Source of the DNA: Candidatus Latescibacterota bacterium
Lineage (GTDB): Bacteria; Latescibacterota; UBA2968
DNA: 64,000 nucleotides
Assembly (NCBI GenBank): GCA_965204745.1
Contig: OZ242010.1
Span: 5,418,116-5,482,115 of the forward strand
Direction: 5' to 3'
The stretch's first letter is position 1. Each line of letters starts with the position of its first letter. Made by a program: the position numbers and the translations under genes. The notes beneath the pieces are model-generated. The model did not search any database. It was not told where the DNA came from and saw only the letters and a list, made by a program, of their open reading frames with translations. This document shows positions 48,758-60,577 of this stretch, piece after piece.

Positions 48758-49507
48758 TCAAATTTCGGTTTTGCCTTGGAGGGAGAGGAGTTGATCGCGC
48801 AACTCGGCGGCGCGCTCGAAGTCTTCATGGCCCACGGCTTCGCGGATTTGGTCGTGCAAATCCTGTGACCGGGATTTGGGGCGGTCGCGGCGAATCTCGT
48901 CTGCCCACTCTTGGAGGAAGGCGATTTCTTCGCTGTCTTCGATGAGGTCGTGCCGATCAAATTCCTCGAAAAAGGATTGGAGCTCGTCAATGCCCGCGTC
49001 GATTTTTGACAGGGCCATGTCGTAGGATTCGCGCTCGAGGTGCATCAACACTTCGGCGCGCACGCGATGCCCAATGACAAAGGGACGGTAGTGTTCAAAG
49101 GCCAGCCGGTCTTCCTCCTCCTCTGCGTATTCTTTGACAAAGTCGAAGAGTTCGAGGTTTCTTTCAGCGTCCTTTTTCGCGTTGCGGTAGTCGCCGATTT
49201 CGAGAAAGCTGATGCGGCGATGGTAGTACTGAAGGGCTTCCATTTGCAGGGCCATGCAGGTTTCCGTATCGAGCGAGAAGTTTTTCGCCCTCGCTTTTCG
49301 CGCCTGAGCTTGGTAATAGTGCAAGAGCGATTCATAGCCATAGGGATTTTGACCGTCAGGGCGACCGATAACATCCATTTGCAAGATGCCCATTTCAATG
49401 CGGAGTTGGATTTTTTTTCGTCCGTCCAGTCCCGTGATTTTGCGAACACACAGTTGACCTGGCTCACAGGGCCAGGTGTCCAGAAGAGGCTGAATGTCCT
49501 TATTCAT
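48758..49507 (-). CDS. UvrB/UvrC-motif (UVR) containing protein
   Basis: IQLRIEMGILQM..GRPDG; C-terminal AV.HEDFERAAELRDQL. Confidence 0.88.
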   Translation of the reverse strand: MNKDIQPLLDTWPCEPGQLCVRKITGLDGRKKIQLRIEMGILQMDVIGRPDGQNPYGYESLLHYYQAQARKARAKNFSLDTETCMALQMEALQYYHRRISFLEIGDYRNAKKDAERNLELFDFVKEYAEEEEDRLAFEHYRPFVIGHRVRAEVLMHLERESYDMALSKIDAGIDELQSFFEEFDRHDLIEDSEEIAFLQEWADEIRRDRPKSRSQDLHDQIREAVGHEDFERAAELRDQLLSLQGKTEI

Positions 49508-49592
49508 CGGTGTGTATCCTCCGTTTGCGGATTGGCTGCAACAACTAAGCTCAAATCAGTTTACGCTAATCGCTCGTCATTGTCAAGGGATT

Positions 49593-49717
49593 AGAGGGGA
49601 GAGGGAAGAGGGGAGAGGGGAGAGGCGAGAGGCGAGAGGCGAGAGGCGAGAGGCGAGAGGCGAGAGGCGAGAGGCGAGAGGCGAGAGGCGAGAGGCGAGA
49701 GGCGAGAGGCGAGAGGC
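49593..49717 (+). repeat. Tandem heptamer (GAGAGGC)x14 plus degenerate units
   Basis: Exact 7-mers at 49620-49717. Confidence 0.95.
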
Positions 49718-50402
49718 GAGATAGCCACAAAAGGCACGAGCGGGGTACAACTGGCGACAGCCAGTTCAAAGGCACAAAAGGGGTACAACTGGCGACAGCT
49801 AGCTCAAAGGCACAAAAGGTGAGACGTAAGACGGGAGACCGCCCTGCCCAACCGCCCGTGCGTGACCATCACCGCTCCACCGTGTCTGAATCGCGGATTA
49901 CCCCACACCGCCCTACCGCAGACCTATCCCCCCGGCCCCCTTTCCTACAAGGAAAGGGGGAGTGCATGGCTTTTTGAAGGTTTGTATCCCTAGCTGTTCT
50001 GATGGCTTTGAGCGAATGGATCAAGCCATGAAAATGCGACCTATCCCCCCGGCCCCCTTTCCTACAAGGAAAGGGGGAGCGCATGGCTTTTTGAGGGTTT
50101 GTCTCCCTGGCTGTTCTGATGGCTTTGAGCGAATGGATCAAGCCATGAACCCCCAAAAAACCTCTCGCCATTCCCCTCGGAAGACCGCTCACCGTTCCCC
50201 CTTCCTGTTAGGAAGGGGGTTAGGGGGTAGGTCCCCATCAGAGCAACCATCGCTAGAAGCCATCAAAGGAAACGCCTTAAATGAGCAAGCAACACATTTG
50301 CTAATCTTGCTAATCTGTGCGTAACGTCAAAAAAATAAAATGTCAACACGACCTACTGACCACTGACCACTGACCACTGACTACTGACCACCGACCACTG
50401 AC
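49718..50402. repeat. Mosaic of families B, E, C, D (117-bp tandem), the end of A, and (CTGACCA)n
   Basis: Each block matches copies elsewhere in the window. Confidence 0.85.
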
Positions 50403-51427
50403 ACCCCCAACTCATTCGCGGTTTCGACTGTGTTGTTCCACGTCTCGTCTTCGATGAAGATGCCTTCGGCTTCGCGTTTGGCGCGGGTGTCGTATTCGAT
50501 TTCGCCGGGGAGGTAGATTTTGTCCGTACCTGGTTGGGTTCGAGAGGATTTGATCCAGTCGATGAGCCGCCCGATTTCGTCGAGATAGTCGTCGAGGTCG
50601 ATGAAACTGTCGATTTTGATGGCAAGGGCGATGTAACCGCTGCCGCCGCGGGTGGGTTGTTCTGAACTGCATCCCGCCCATGATAGGCCGCCCGCAATGG
50701 CATCGATCATCATGCCCAAGCCGTATCCCTTGTGCCCTTGGGGTCCGCCTAAGGGCAGCATCGCCACGTCGTGGCTTTTGAAGCGATTGGGGTCGTTTAT
50801 GGCGTTGCCGTCTGCGTCGATGAGCCAGCCATCGGGCGTTTGTTGCCCGCGTGCGCGGTACACATCCACTTTGCCGCCGGCAGACATGCTGGTGGTGATG
50901 TCGAGCATGAGCGGCGGGCCATGGGGCGTGGGTGCAGCAAAGGCGAGGGGATTGGGAGGCAGGCGCCGGCTCGTGCCGCCAAAAGGCGCGGTAAAACGCC
51001 CGCCGCCGTTGAGCATCAGCAGGCCAATGCAGTCGCGCTCCGCGGCTTTGGGGGGATAATCGCCCAAGCGACCGATATGGCTGGAGCGGTGAACGGCCAC
51101 GGCGCCGAGGGTGTGTTCAAGGGCGCGATCAGTCGCCATTTGCATGGCTTTGTGGGCGACGACAATGCCGATGGTGCGCTCCGCGTCGATGACCGCAGAG
51201 ACGGGCGTTTCCCGAATGATTTTAAGCGCGCGCACGGGTTTGATGTTGCCGGCGCAGATGCCGCGAATATAGCCCGGCGTGCGGATGACGCCGTGCGAGT
51301 CGTGCCCGTAGAGGTTGGCATCTACGAGGTGATCCGCGACGATGTTGGCCTGATCTTCGGGAAATCCCGCGGCGCGGTACAGTTCGCGTTGCAGGGTTCT
51401 AAGCTGAGTCGCGTCGATGATGGGCAT
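50381..51427 (-). CDS. Ldh_2 family (malate/L-lactate/ureidoglycolate dehydrogenase-like) oxidoreductase
   Basis: GHDSHGV, HIGRLG, NPLAFA, LDITTS, GHKGYGL, YLPGE. Confidence 0.92.
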   Translation of the reverse strand: MPIIDATQLRTLQRELYRAAGFPEDQANIVADHLVDANLYGHDSHGVIRTPGYIRGICAGNIKPVRALKIIRETPVSAVIDAERTIGIVVAHKAMQMATDRALEHTLGAVAVHRSSHIGRLGDYPPKAAERDCIGLLMLNGGGRFTAPFGGTSRRLPPNPLAFAAPTPHGPPLMLDITTSMSAGGKVDVYRARGQQTPDGWLIDADGNAINDPNRFKSHDVAMLPLGGPQGHKGYGLGMMIDAIAGGLSWAGCSSEQPTRGGSGYIALAIKIDSFIDLDDYLDEIGRLIDWIKSSRTQPGTDKIYLPGEIEYDTRAKREAEGIFIEDETWNNTVETANELGVSVVGGQ

Positions 51428-51632
51428 GCTGTGATGTCCTTTCGGTGAATGATGATCCCGTCTAATTTCCGCGAATTGCGCCATGGTATTTCCGTTTTGG
51501 AGAATTGCAAAGCGATTTTTGAACCGGGCGGAAACGGAATTGACTTTTTGCGTAAAATGTGGTAAGTACCCGAAGTTTCGCGGGTGGAGAATCGGTTTGT
51601 TTTGCTAAGGGACTGACAACTGAGAGGGACAC

Positions 51633-52673
51633 ATGACAAAACTCGGATTAGGCGTCATTGGATGCGGCAACATGGGCGCGAGTCTGGCGACCGGGGCGCG
51701 GGATTTGGCTTGCGCGGAGGTGGTTTGCGTCAGCGATGTGGATGGCGAAAAGGGCCGCGCACTGGCCGAGAAAATGGGTTGCGATTACGAGGCCGATTAT
51801 CAAGCGATGCTCGCGCGCGAAGATGTGCAGGCCGCGTTGATCGCCACGCCGCCGTTTTTGCACGTCGATCCCACATTGGCGGCAGCGCGGGCAGGGGTAC
51901 ACGTGTTTTGCGAAAAGCCCATGGTGCCCACGCTCGCGGGGTGCGATGCGATGATTGAGGCGTGTGAAGCGGGCCGCGTCAAGTTGGGCATTGGGCTGGT
52001 GTGCCGGTTTCACGCGGTGCATCGCAAGGTGCGCGATTTGGCGCATGGGGGCGATTTGGGCACGCCCATGTGTTTGACCGTGCATCGCTTGGGCGGGGGA
52101 TGGGGCGGCATTTGGGCCGCGTCGTGGCGCGACCTGCGGGCCGAAAGCGGGGGAACGCTGATGGAGGTGAATGCCCATGAAATTGATTTTATGCGCTTTG
52201 TCATGGGCGAGGCCGAATCGGTTTATGCCGTGGGCGGACAATACGTGCAGACAGAGACGGATTATCCAGATGTCGCGCTCGTGTCTATCCGATTCAAAAA
52301 CGGCGGGGTCGGGGTTCTGCATTCGAGTCAGGCGAGCGCGATTGGGGGATATGGCGGGCGGTTGGATTGCATCGCGGGTTCCGTGGTTTTTCCATCGTTT
52401 TGGGGGCAGGACGGTGGCTTGCGCTACAAGCGGTACGACGGCGATGAGACCGCGGTTGCCGCCGCAGAGTTGGCGCAGGATGAGAGTCCGGTAAGCCAAG
52501 AGATTCGCGCGTTTTGCGAGGCCGTGCTCCGCGGGGACGACCCGCCCGTGTGCGGCGCAGATGGCCGCGCAGCCGTAGAGATCGCACTGGCCGCATATCG
52601 GTCTATTGAAACGGGTGAGTCCGTCCGCTTGCCTTTGTCTGAAAGCGGGGCGAATAACGGGGTTAGGGGATAG
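51633..52673 (+). CDS. Gfo/Idh/MocA family oxidoreductase
   Basis: GVIGCGNMG, ATPPFLH, HVFCEKP, GGTLME..AHEID. Confidence 0.92.
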   Translation: MTKLGLGVIGCGNMGASLATGARDLACAEVVCVSDVDGEKGRALAEKMGCDYEADYQAMLAREDVQAALIATPPFLHVDPTLAAARAGVHVFCEKPMVPTLAGCDAMIEACEAGRVKLGIGLVCRFHAVHRKVRDLAHGGDLGTPMCLTVHRLGGGWGGIWAASWRDLRAESGGTLMEVNAHEIDFMRFVMGEAESVYAVGGQYVQTETDYPDVALVSIRFKNGGVGVLHSSQASAIGGYGGRLDCIAGSVVFPSFWGQDGGLRYKRYDGDETAVAAAELAQDESPVSQEIRAFCEAVLRGDDPPVCGADGRAAVEIALAAYRSIETGESVRLPLSESGANNGVRG

Positions 52674-52698
52674 GGCTTAATCATTTTTGGAAAATGCC

Positions 52699-53955
52699 AT
52701 GGCCAGAAAATTTGATATTCCAGTCTTTTACAAGAGCCAGATCATTTCCCGCGTGAAAAGGGCGCGGCAGTTGGCGGACCCCAAAAAGCGCGATTTGCAA
52801 CCGTCCGTGCTGGATTTTGGGCCTGTGCGGTTTTTGTTGGCGCGGCATTTTGGGTTTTGTTTTGGCGTGGAAAATGCCATTGAAATCGCGTATCAGACCT
52901 TGGATGCGTGCGCGGATCGGCGCGTGTTTTTCCTCAGCGAGATGATTCACAACCCCCAGGTGAATGCGGATTTGCAAGCGCGCGGGGTGCGATTTATGTT
53001 CACGCCTTCGGGGGAACAACTCGTTCCATGGGACGTGCTCAAGCCCGACGACATCGTGGTGGTGCCCGCATTTGGTACGACAGTGGAAATTCAAGCGGAG
53101 TTGGACAGGCGGTGCATCGACCCGTATCAGTACAATACCACCTGTCCATTTGTGGAAAAGGTGTGGAAGCGCGGCGCGCAACTCGGGGCGGGAGATTATA
53201 CAGTGGTCATCCACGGGAAGGCCGCGCACGAGGAGACGCGGGCCACGTTTTCGCACACGGTTCAGAATGCGCGAGTCGTGGTGGTGCTCAATGTGGAAGA
53301 GGCACGTCTGTTGGCAGATCTGATTCGGGGCACATGCGACCTCGGGGTTTTTGAGCGGCATTTTCGGCACAAGTGCTCAGCGGGGTTTGACCCTGCGCGG
53401 CATTTGGCTCGCATTGGCGTGGTGAATCAGACGACGATGCTGGCCGCCGAGACGCACGAGATTGCGCGGGTCATCCGCCGCGCCCTCGTCGACCGGTACG
53501 GGGAAGACCACATCGCGGATCATTTTGCCGATACATCGGACACGCTTTGTTATGCGACCAATGAAAATCAAAACGCGACCTACGCGCTGATCGAGCGAGC
53601 CGCGGACCTCGCGCTGGTGGTGGGCGGGTACAATTCTTCCAATACGTCTCATATCGTAGAGTTGTGCGAAGAAGCCATGCCCACGTTTTTTGTGAAGGAC
53701 GCGGAGGAGTTGATTTCAGAACGCGAGATTCGACACTTTTCCCCGGCGTCTCAAGCGGTGGCGACATCCGCGCATTGGTTGCCCGATAAGCCGCGCGTGG
53801 ATATCGCCCTGACCTGCGGGGCCTCGTGTCCGGATGCAGTGGTGGATGGCGTGTTGCTGCGCGTGCTGTCATTTTTCTCCGATGTGCGGGAGGTGGATGA
53901 GGTGCTAGCCCCTTATGTTGCCGACCCGCTCCCGGCCCTTAAACCGTCAATTTGA
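52699..53955 (+). CDS. ispH: 4-hydroxy-3-methylbut-2-enyl diphosphate reductase
   Basis: FGFCFGV, IHNP, PAFG, TTCPFV, HEET, NQTTM, TLCYAT.ENQ, SSNT, GASCP. Confidence 0.95.
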   Translation: MARKFDIPVFYKSQIISRVKRARQLADPKKRDLQPSVLDFGPVRFLLARHFGFCFGVENAIEIAYQTLDACADRRVFFLSEMIHNPQVNADLQARGVRFMFTPSGEQLVPWDVLKPDDIVVVPAFGTTVEIQAELDRRCIDPYQYNTTCPFVEKVWKRGAQLGAGDYTVVIHGKAAHEETRATFSHTVQNARVVVVLNVEEARLLADLIRGTCDLGVFERHFRHKCSAGFDPARHLARIGVVNQTTMLAAETHEIARVIRRALVDRYGEDHIADHFADTSDTLCYATNENQNATYALIERAADLALVVGGYNSSNTSHIVELCEEAMPTFFVKDAEELISEREIRHFSPASQAVATSAHWLPDKPRVDIALTCGASCPDAVVDGVLLRVLSFFSDVREVDEVLAPYVADPLPALKPSI

Positions 53956-54153
53956 TTCGCGCTCGGTTGCAGACCGAGAATTTATTGGGCAAGCATGGTT
54001 TAAGGGGTTAAATGAATAAGTTTTGTCGTGTAGCATGGGATTTCTGGAAAAAATAAGGAAGGATAAATAGAAATCAATTTGGTATTAGGTACTATCGTAG
54101 GGGGGACAACGCAAACGCAATGCAGATCACAAAAACGATATGTGAGGCGAAAA

Positions 54154-56334
54154 ATGAATAATTTGTTAAATCAGGAAGTAGCAGACTTGAAAGAAGAAGC
54201 CGCTGAAGAAGCGGGAGGAGAATTGTCGTCCTATATTGACGAGACGACCATGGTCGGCGATTTGTTGTCTCTTGACTATTTGGAGGCAACAGTTCTTGTC
54301 CATGATGCGCTGAGACAGGAGGTGGGAGGTCTACCAATGGGGTGTTTCCTGTTTGCTACCCGGATAGACCCGGAAACCAAGCCTAGCGCAGACAAAGAAG
54401 ACACAGCACTCATCTTGCTTCGCGTTATTGGACATGCGCCTTTGCCTAATCAACAGGAGACAGACGCTTGGCGATATGATGCAGCGCAACGTTCTATTGA
54501 TTCTCCTGCACAATGGGATGCTGACAACAAGACGGACCAGTTCACGCTCAACCAACTGCGCCATGCAGGGGTGCGTTGTAGCGTGTTGGGCACTTTTCGC
54601 TATGTCCAAGAGGACGATAAGTGGAAGCCTACTTTTGGTGCTGATATTTCCAATTTCTATTCTGGGCAAGGAATGAAAGTGTACAAACCTATGGGCAAGG
54701 CATTAGAAACCATTGTCAACTTTACCAAGCAGATGGGCAACAAACATCCGCTTGCAGGAAAGTCCGTTCCAGTTGGGAGGGTTCGCTATGCCTCCAGTGA
54801 GATTGCTGTTGACGCTAAACGTGAAAATGTCCTGGTCCATATCGAGCCGACAGATATGTTGGCGCGGCGCACTGCGCTTTTTGGAATGAGCAGGAGCGGC
54901 AAGTCAAACACCATCAAAACGGTAGCCTCTGCCATATTCGATTTGCGTAATAAAATTGAATCGAAAAAGGGGCGTGTCGGTCAACTGATTTTTGATGTGA
55001 ATGGAGAATACGCGAATGACAATCCACAAGATGAAGGATGTTTGCGTAATATTGGATTGGACGATGTTGTAACCTATGGACTTTTTGAGCATCCCAACGA
55101 TGAAGGACGACGCTTAATCAAACTGAACTTCTTTGGTGAAAATATCAGAGACTGGAAAAAAGAAAATGATGTTAGAGTTTCGCTTGATATGCTTTTCGCA
55201 GGGAAAGAAGTAATTAACGAACATCTCCAAAGGTCAGCTAATGTTCCGCAATACGTCAGTAGATTTATCAATACGAATATAGAACCGCCGTCGGATAATT
55301 GGACCTGGAGCACTCAAACTCGCTATCGCCGTAATATCACAGTGTATAGGGCTATCCTTGCCGCATCTAATTTCAGCATACCATCCAATCTACCAGAGGC
55401 GGATATTCAGGGACTTTTTAGGAAAGAATTAATAGAGAGCATGAAATCCACTGAAGATCCCAAATACATAAGTGCGGCCAACAAACTACAAAAAACAACC
55501 GTTTCTTGGAATGAATTGTACCAAGCGATAACGGTTTTGCAAGAATTTGTTATCGGTGGTAGTAGGCAAGGGACAGGGCATGCGGAATTTCAGAAATTCA
55601 ATCAGTGGTATCAAAACAAAGATGGATCTGGTGATCCCTGGAATGATGATACATTGAACGGTTTGCTATCCCTTGTGAGTTGGGGAGGTGGGGTTGGCAG
55701 AGTACGCGAGTTACAAGAGCGGCACGATCCGAATGTAGGATCCGATTATTCAACCCAGATAGTTGATGAACTCGTTGATGGCAAACTGGTTATTGTTGAT
55801 CAATCAATTGGTTCGCCGACTGAAATTGAGCACACTTCTGAACGCATCATGTGGGAAATCTTTAATCGTCAAAGGCAAGTATTCACGGATCCGCCGCGTA
55901 GCCAAAGTGGTGAACTTCTGCGGGATGAAGATGGCAACATTATACCACCGCCTGATGTCATTGTGTATGTGGAGGAAGCACATAATTTGCTTCCCTCGCA
56001 AAATGCCAAACTGGACTCGATATGGGCGCGTGTAGCCAAAGAAGGCTCCAAGTTTCATATCGGACTGGTGTACTCCACTCAGGAGCCAAGTTCTATTTTG
56101 GCGAATATCCTAAAAAACACCGACAACTGGTTTGTGGCGCATTTGAACAATCAGGACGAGACGCGAGAACTCAGGAAATACTACGATTTTGAGATGTTCG
56201 TCGACCAGATTCTCAAAGTGCCGGACACCGGCTTTTTGAGAATGCGCTGTTTATCCAATCCCTACATCGTACCCGTTCAGATCGACAAGTTTACAGCAAA
56301 GCCACCGAAGGACAGAGAAGGAAGGACGACATAG
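54154..56334 (+). CDS. herA: HerA/DUF87 family ATPase-helicase
   Basis: HAS-barrel-like N-terminus, Walker A GMSRSGKS, IFDVNGEY, Walker B YVEEAHN, AKEGSKF, STQEPS. Confidence 0.9.
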   Translation: MNNLLNQEVADLKEEAAEEAGGELSSYIDETTMVGDLLSLDYLEATVLVHDALRQEVGGLPMGCFLFATRIDPETKPSADKEDTALILLRVIGHAPLPNQQETDAWRYDAAQRSIDSPAQWDADNKTDQFTLNQLRHAGVRCSVLGTFRYVQEDDKWKPTFGADISNFYSGQGMKVYKPMGKALETIVNFTKQMGNKHPLAGKSVPVGRVRYASSEIAVDAKRENVLVHIEPTDMLARRTALFGMSRSGKSNTIKTVASAIFDLRNKIESKKGRVGQLIFDVNGEYANDNPQDEGCLRNIGLDDVVTYGLFEHPNDEGRRLIKLNFFGENIRDWKKENDVRVSLDMLFAGKEVINEHLQRSANVPQYVSRFINTNIEPPSDNWTWSTQTRYRRNITVYRAILAASNFSIPSNLPEADIQGLFRKELIESMKSTEDPKYISAANKLQKTTVSWNELYQAITVLQEFVIGGSRQGTGHAEFQKFNQWYQNKDGSGDPWNDDTLNGLLSLVSWGGGVGRVRELQERHDPNVGSDYSTQIVDELVDGKLVIVDQSIGSPTEIEHTSERIMWEIFNRQRQVFTDPPRSQSGELLRDEDGNIIPPPDVIVYVEEAHNLLPSQNAKLDSIWARVAKEGSKFHIGLVYSTQEPSSILANILKNTDNWFVAHLNNQDETRELRKYYDFEMFVDQILKVPDTGFLRMRCLSNPYIVPVQIDKFTAKPPKDREGRTT

Positions 56335-57663
56335 ATGCCCTACGAAAATGAGAGAGCCAGCGGAGACAGCTTGATATGGCTGGAAAACAGCCAAGCCTTG
56401 AAGGAGTTTGAGGGCACCATCCTTGTGAAGGCAGAGGATACGCCCGTAGAACCGCCGATACTTCAAGTGCCTCGCCGCAACTGGTATCCAAGGCGCGTCA
56501 TTGCCATTGATGGCTCTAATCTCATGCACCGCGTCAAAAATGGATTTCCCGGTGCAGCGGCTGGGTTGCTAATGACGTCGGTGGTGGCGATCAAACTTGA
56601 CCAACTGAAGAGCTTGGATGCGAATACTATTCCTCGCCCATCATTTTTTCGAGACATCGAAAAGGCTCATACTCTGGAAGCCGCAATGCCGGGGATAGGC
56701 GTTTTTCGCAAGGGTGTTGTTGATGATACTCCAATAAATTACTTCAGACACGAGACTTACGACACGCTGGCAAATGCTGCTATTGCAGACAATCACGAGA
56801 CATTGCTGGAAACCATGCGTGCCATTTGTAAAAATGTTGATTTCCAGTCACGAATTGATTGTCCTGCTGTAGGTTGTAAAAAAAAATATGAGCGCAAAGA
56901 AGCGGAATACACCTGTCATTGTGAACAGCGGGAGAAGATGTTTGAAACCGATATACTGCGTCTGCACGAATACTTTGACGGTGTTAGTACGGGAGGCGAG
57001 GCATTGGGAAGATTGTGTTCTGTCTTGGAAATTTTGATCCTGCTGAACATTTTGCGTTTCTTTGTAAAAAAATATCCCAAGTATCTTGAAGATTGTGCTT
57101 TTGTTTTAGATGGCCCCTTAGCCATCTTTGGTACGCCTGCTTCTATACTGCGTCCAATCCGCGAAGAATTAAAAAAATTAAACAGGGAAGCGCGTAAAGC
57201 CAATGGGACAGATATTGTCGTATTTGGCGTAGAAAAAACCGGGCGTTTTAAGGAACATTGGATACAACTGGATTGGCAGGATGGCGTGGGGCCGGGTGCG
57301 CGCTTTCCCGATCAAACTGTGATAGCCCTAGATGACGAGTATATCAAAAACAACATCGTTCCTAGCGATAAAAAGGGGAAACCTTTTGGTGAGGATACCC
57401 ATTTTGGTCGAGCCATTCTCTATAAAACCAATAAAGGAAAGCACATTGTCATTCATGTTGCTATGCTGAACGAACTTGCGGGAGATTTCAGCAACAACTC
57501 TCTAGAATGTTATCCCCGATTGAATGATATTCTCGATGTCACGGACCAGTTGGCAACCTATATGTATGAGGGCGGCTTCATGCCTTTGGTACGTGCCCAT
57601 GCCCATGCAGCTATCCCCTTAAAACGAGGAACAGACATCATCAAGAGTCTGCTGGAAGATTAA
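56335..57663 (+). CDS. nurA: NurA-domain nuclease with a Cys-rich insertion
   Basis: VIAIDGS, VLDGPL, GVEKTG, C-terminal AHAHA; starts immediately after the herA stop. Confidence 0.8.
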   Translation: MPYENERASGDSLIWLENSQALKEFEGTILVKAEDTPVEPPILQVPRRNWYPRRVIAIDGSNLMHRVKNGFPGAAAGLLMTSVVAIKLDQLKSLDANTIPRPSFFRDIEKAHTLEAAMPGIGVFRKGVVDDTPINYFRHETYDTLANAAIADNHETLLETMRAICKNVDFQSRIDCPAVGCKKKYERKEAEYTCHCEQREKMFETDILRLHEYFDGVSTGGEALGRLCSVLEILILLNILRFFVKKYPKYLEDCAFVLDGPLAIFGTPASILRPIREELKKLNREARKANGTDIVVFGVEKTGRFKEHWIQLDWQDGVGPGARFPDQTVIALDDEYIKNNIVPSDKKGKPFGEDTHFGRAILYKTNKGKHIVIHVAMLNELAGDFSNNSLECYPRLNDILDVTDQLATYMYEGGFMPLVRAHAHAAIPLKRGTDIIKSLLED

Positions 57664-58814
57664 TGAGCCGACAGGAATGGAAATTCAGTAACGCCCCCGG
57701 ACGTTGGGCTGGCTTCGGGCCATATTACGCGATGTTTCCCGTCAACTTTGCCAGGGATGTTGTAGAGACGATGTCGCCTAAAGGAGGACGTATCTTGGAT
57801 CCGTTTTGCGGACGCGGAACGGCCCCTTTTGTCGCTCAGGCTACTGGCCGCGCTTCGCTGGGCATTGATATAAACCCAGTCGCTTGGGTTTTCGCCAAAG
57901 TCAAAACTTCTCCTGAACCAGATACAGAAAAATTGTTGAATCGTTTGGAAAGTTTGAGACATGCAGTGCGCTCTGAAGATAAAAAGGCAGAAGTGGAATT
58001 TCAAAAATGGGCGTGGGCTGAAAAGATTTTGGGATTTCTGAACTGTGCTCAACGTGAATTGGACTGGCGAGAAAACATAACAGACAGAACATTGATGGGG
58101 TTTATTCTCGTACACCTTCACGACAGAGCTAGCTGTGGCATTAGCAATCAAATGCAAAAGTCGCGGGCAATGGGACCAGATTACGCTGTTCGATGGTGGA
58201 AAAAGAGAGAAATGTCCCCACCAGATATAGATCCTTATGAGTACTTTCTCAAGAGAATTCGTTGGCGTTACACCCATGGGGTCATAGACAACAGGCAAGC
58301 GACAGAGATAGCACGAGGCGACGCAGCGCAGATCCTTTCTGATTACCAAGCAGGTACTGAAACGATGTCAAAAAAAGAAAAAAGTTTTAGTCTTCTGTTC
58401 ACCTCACCGCCATACTTTAGCGTCACCGACTATCGCCAAGATAGCTGGATTCGACTGTGGATGCTCGGCGAGGGTCCGTCCTTACCTGACTGGAAAAAGG
58501 ACAAAACAATCGTCCGACAAGAATTTTATCACCAAATGCTATATGACGTTTTTTTTCAAGCGAGCAAACTACTCAAACCTTCTGGCGTTGTCTGGATACG
58601 GACTGATGCCAGAGCGTTCACAAAAAATACAACCCTGCAAATAATTCGCACGCTTTGGCCAAGAAGGAAATTGTTTATGAGATACGACCGGCCAGAAAAG
58701 CTCACCCAAACAGCGCACTTCGGAAATACATCTACCAAACCAGGGGAGATTGATTTTTTGCTTCCAGGTAGAATGCCCTTACCTCCCACCGCTTCACCTT
58801 GGGAACAGTTGTAA
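57663..58814 (+). CDS. DNA amino-methyltransferase (SPPY motif, probably N4-cytosine)
   Basis: PYYAMFP, motif I LDPFCGRGT, motif IV FTSPPY; TAATG overlap with nurA. Confidence 0.87.
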   Translation: MSRQEWKFSNAPGRWAGFGPYYAMFPVNFARDVVETMSPKGGRILDPFCGRGTAPFVAQATGRASLGIDINPVAWVFAKVKTSPEPDTEKLLNRLESLRHAVRSEDKKAEVEFQKWAWAEKILGFLNCAQRELDWRENITDRTLMGFILVHLHDRASCGISNQMQKSRAMGPDYAVRWWKKREMSPPDIDPYEYFLKRIRWRYTHGVIDNRQATEIARGDAAQILSDYQAGTETMSKKEKSFSLLFTSPPYFSVTDYRQDSWIRLWMLGEGPSLPDWKKDKTIVRQEFYHQMLYDVFFQASKLLKPSGVVWIRTDARAFTKNTTLQIIRTLWPRRKLFMRYDRPEKLTQTAHFGNTSTKPGEIDFLLPGRMPLPPTASPWEQL

Positions 58815-58953
58815 ATGCGAATTAGCAGAGTAGAAAGCGAGTAGGAAGCAAATGGCACACAGAGCCGCGTTCCCATATTGCTATCTCCCGCATTTTGCAT
58901 CTCAATTCCAGTCATCCTTTCACCCTGTAAATCCCGATCAAAACCCCGATTTC

Positions 58954-58982
58954 TTGACGCGACAGAGACGGGATGTTATATT
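58954..58982 (+). promoter_or_regulatory. Sigma70-type promoter of tgt-yajC-fmt
   Basis: TTGACG-17 nt-TATATT. Confidence 0.65.
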
Positions 58983-59012
58983 GGGCGGCGTTTCAGTTGG
59001 CGGTTGTTTTAA

Positions 59013-60576
<1,564 letters not shown>

Positions 60577-60577
60577 A

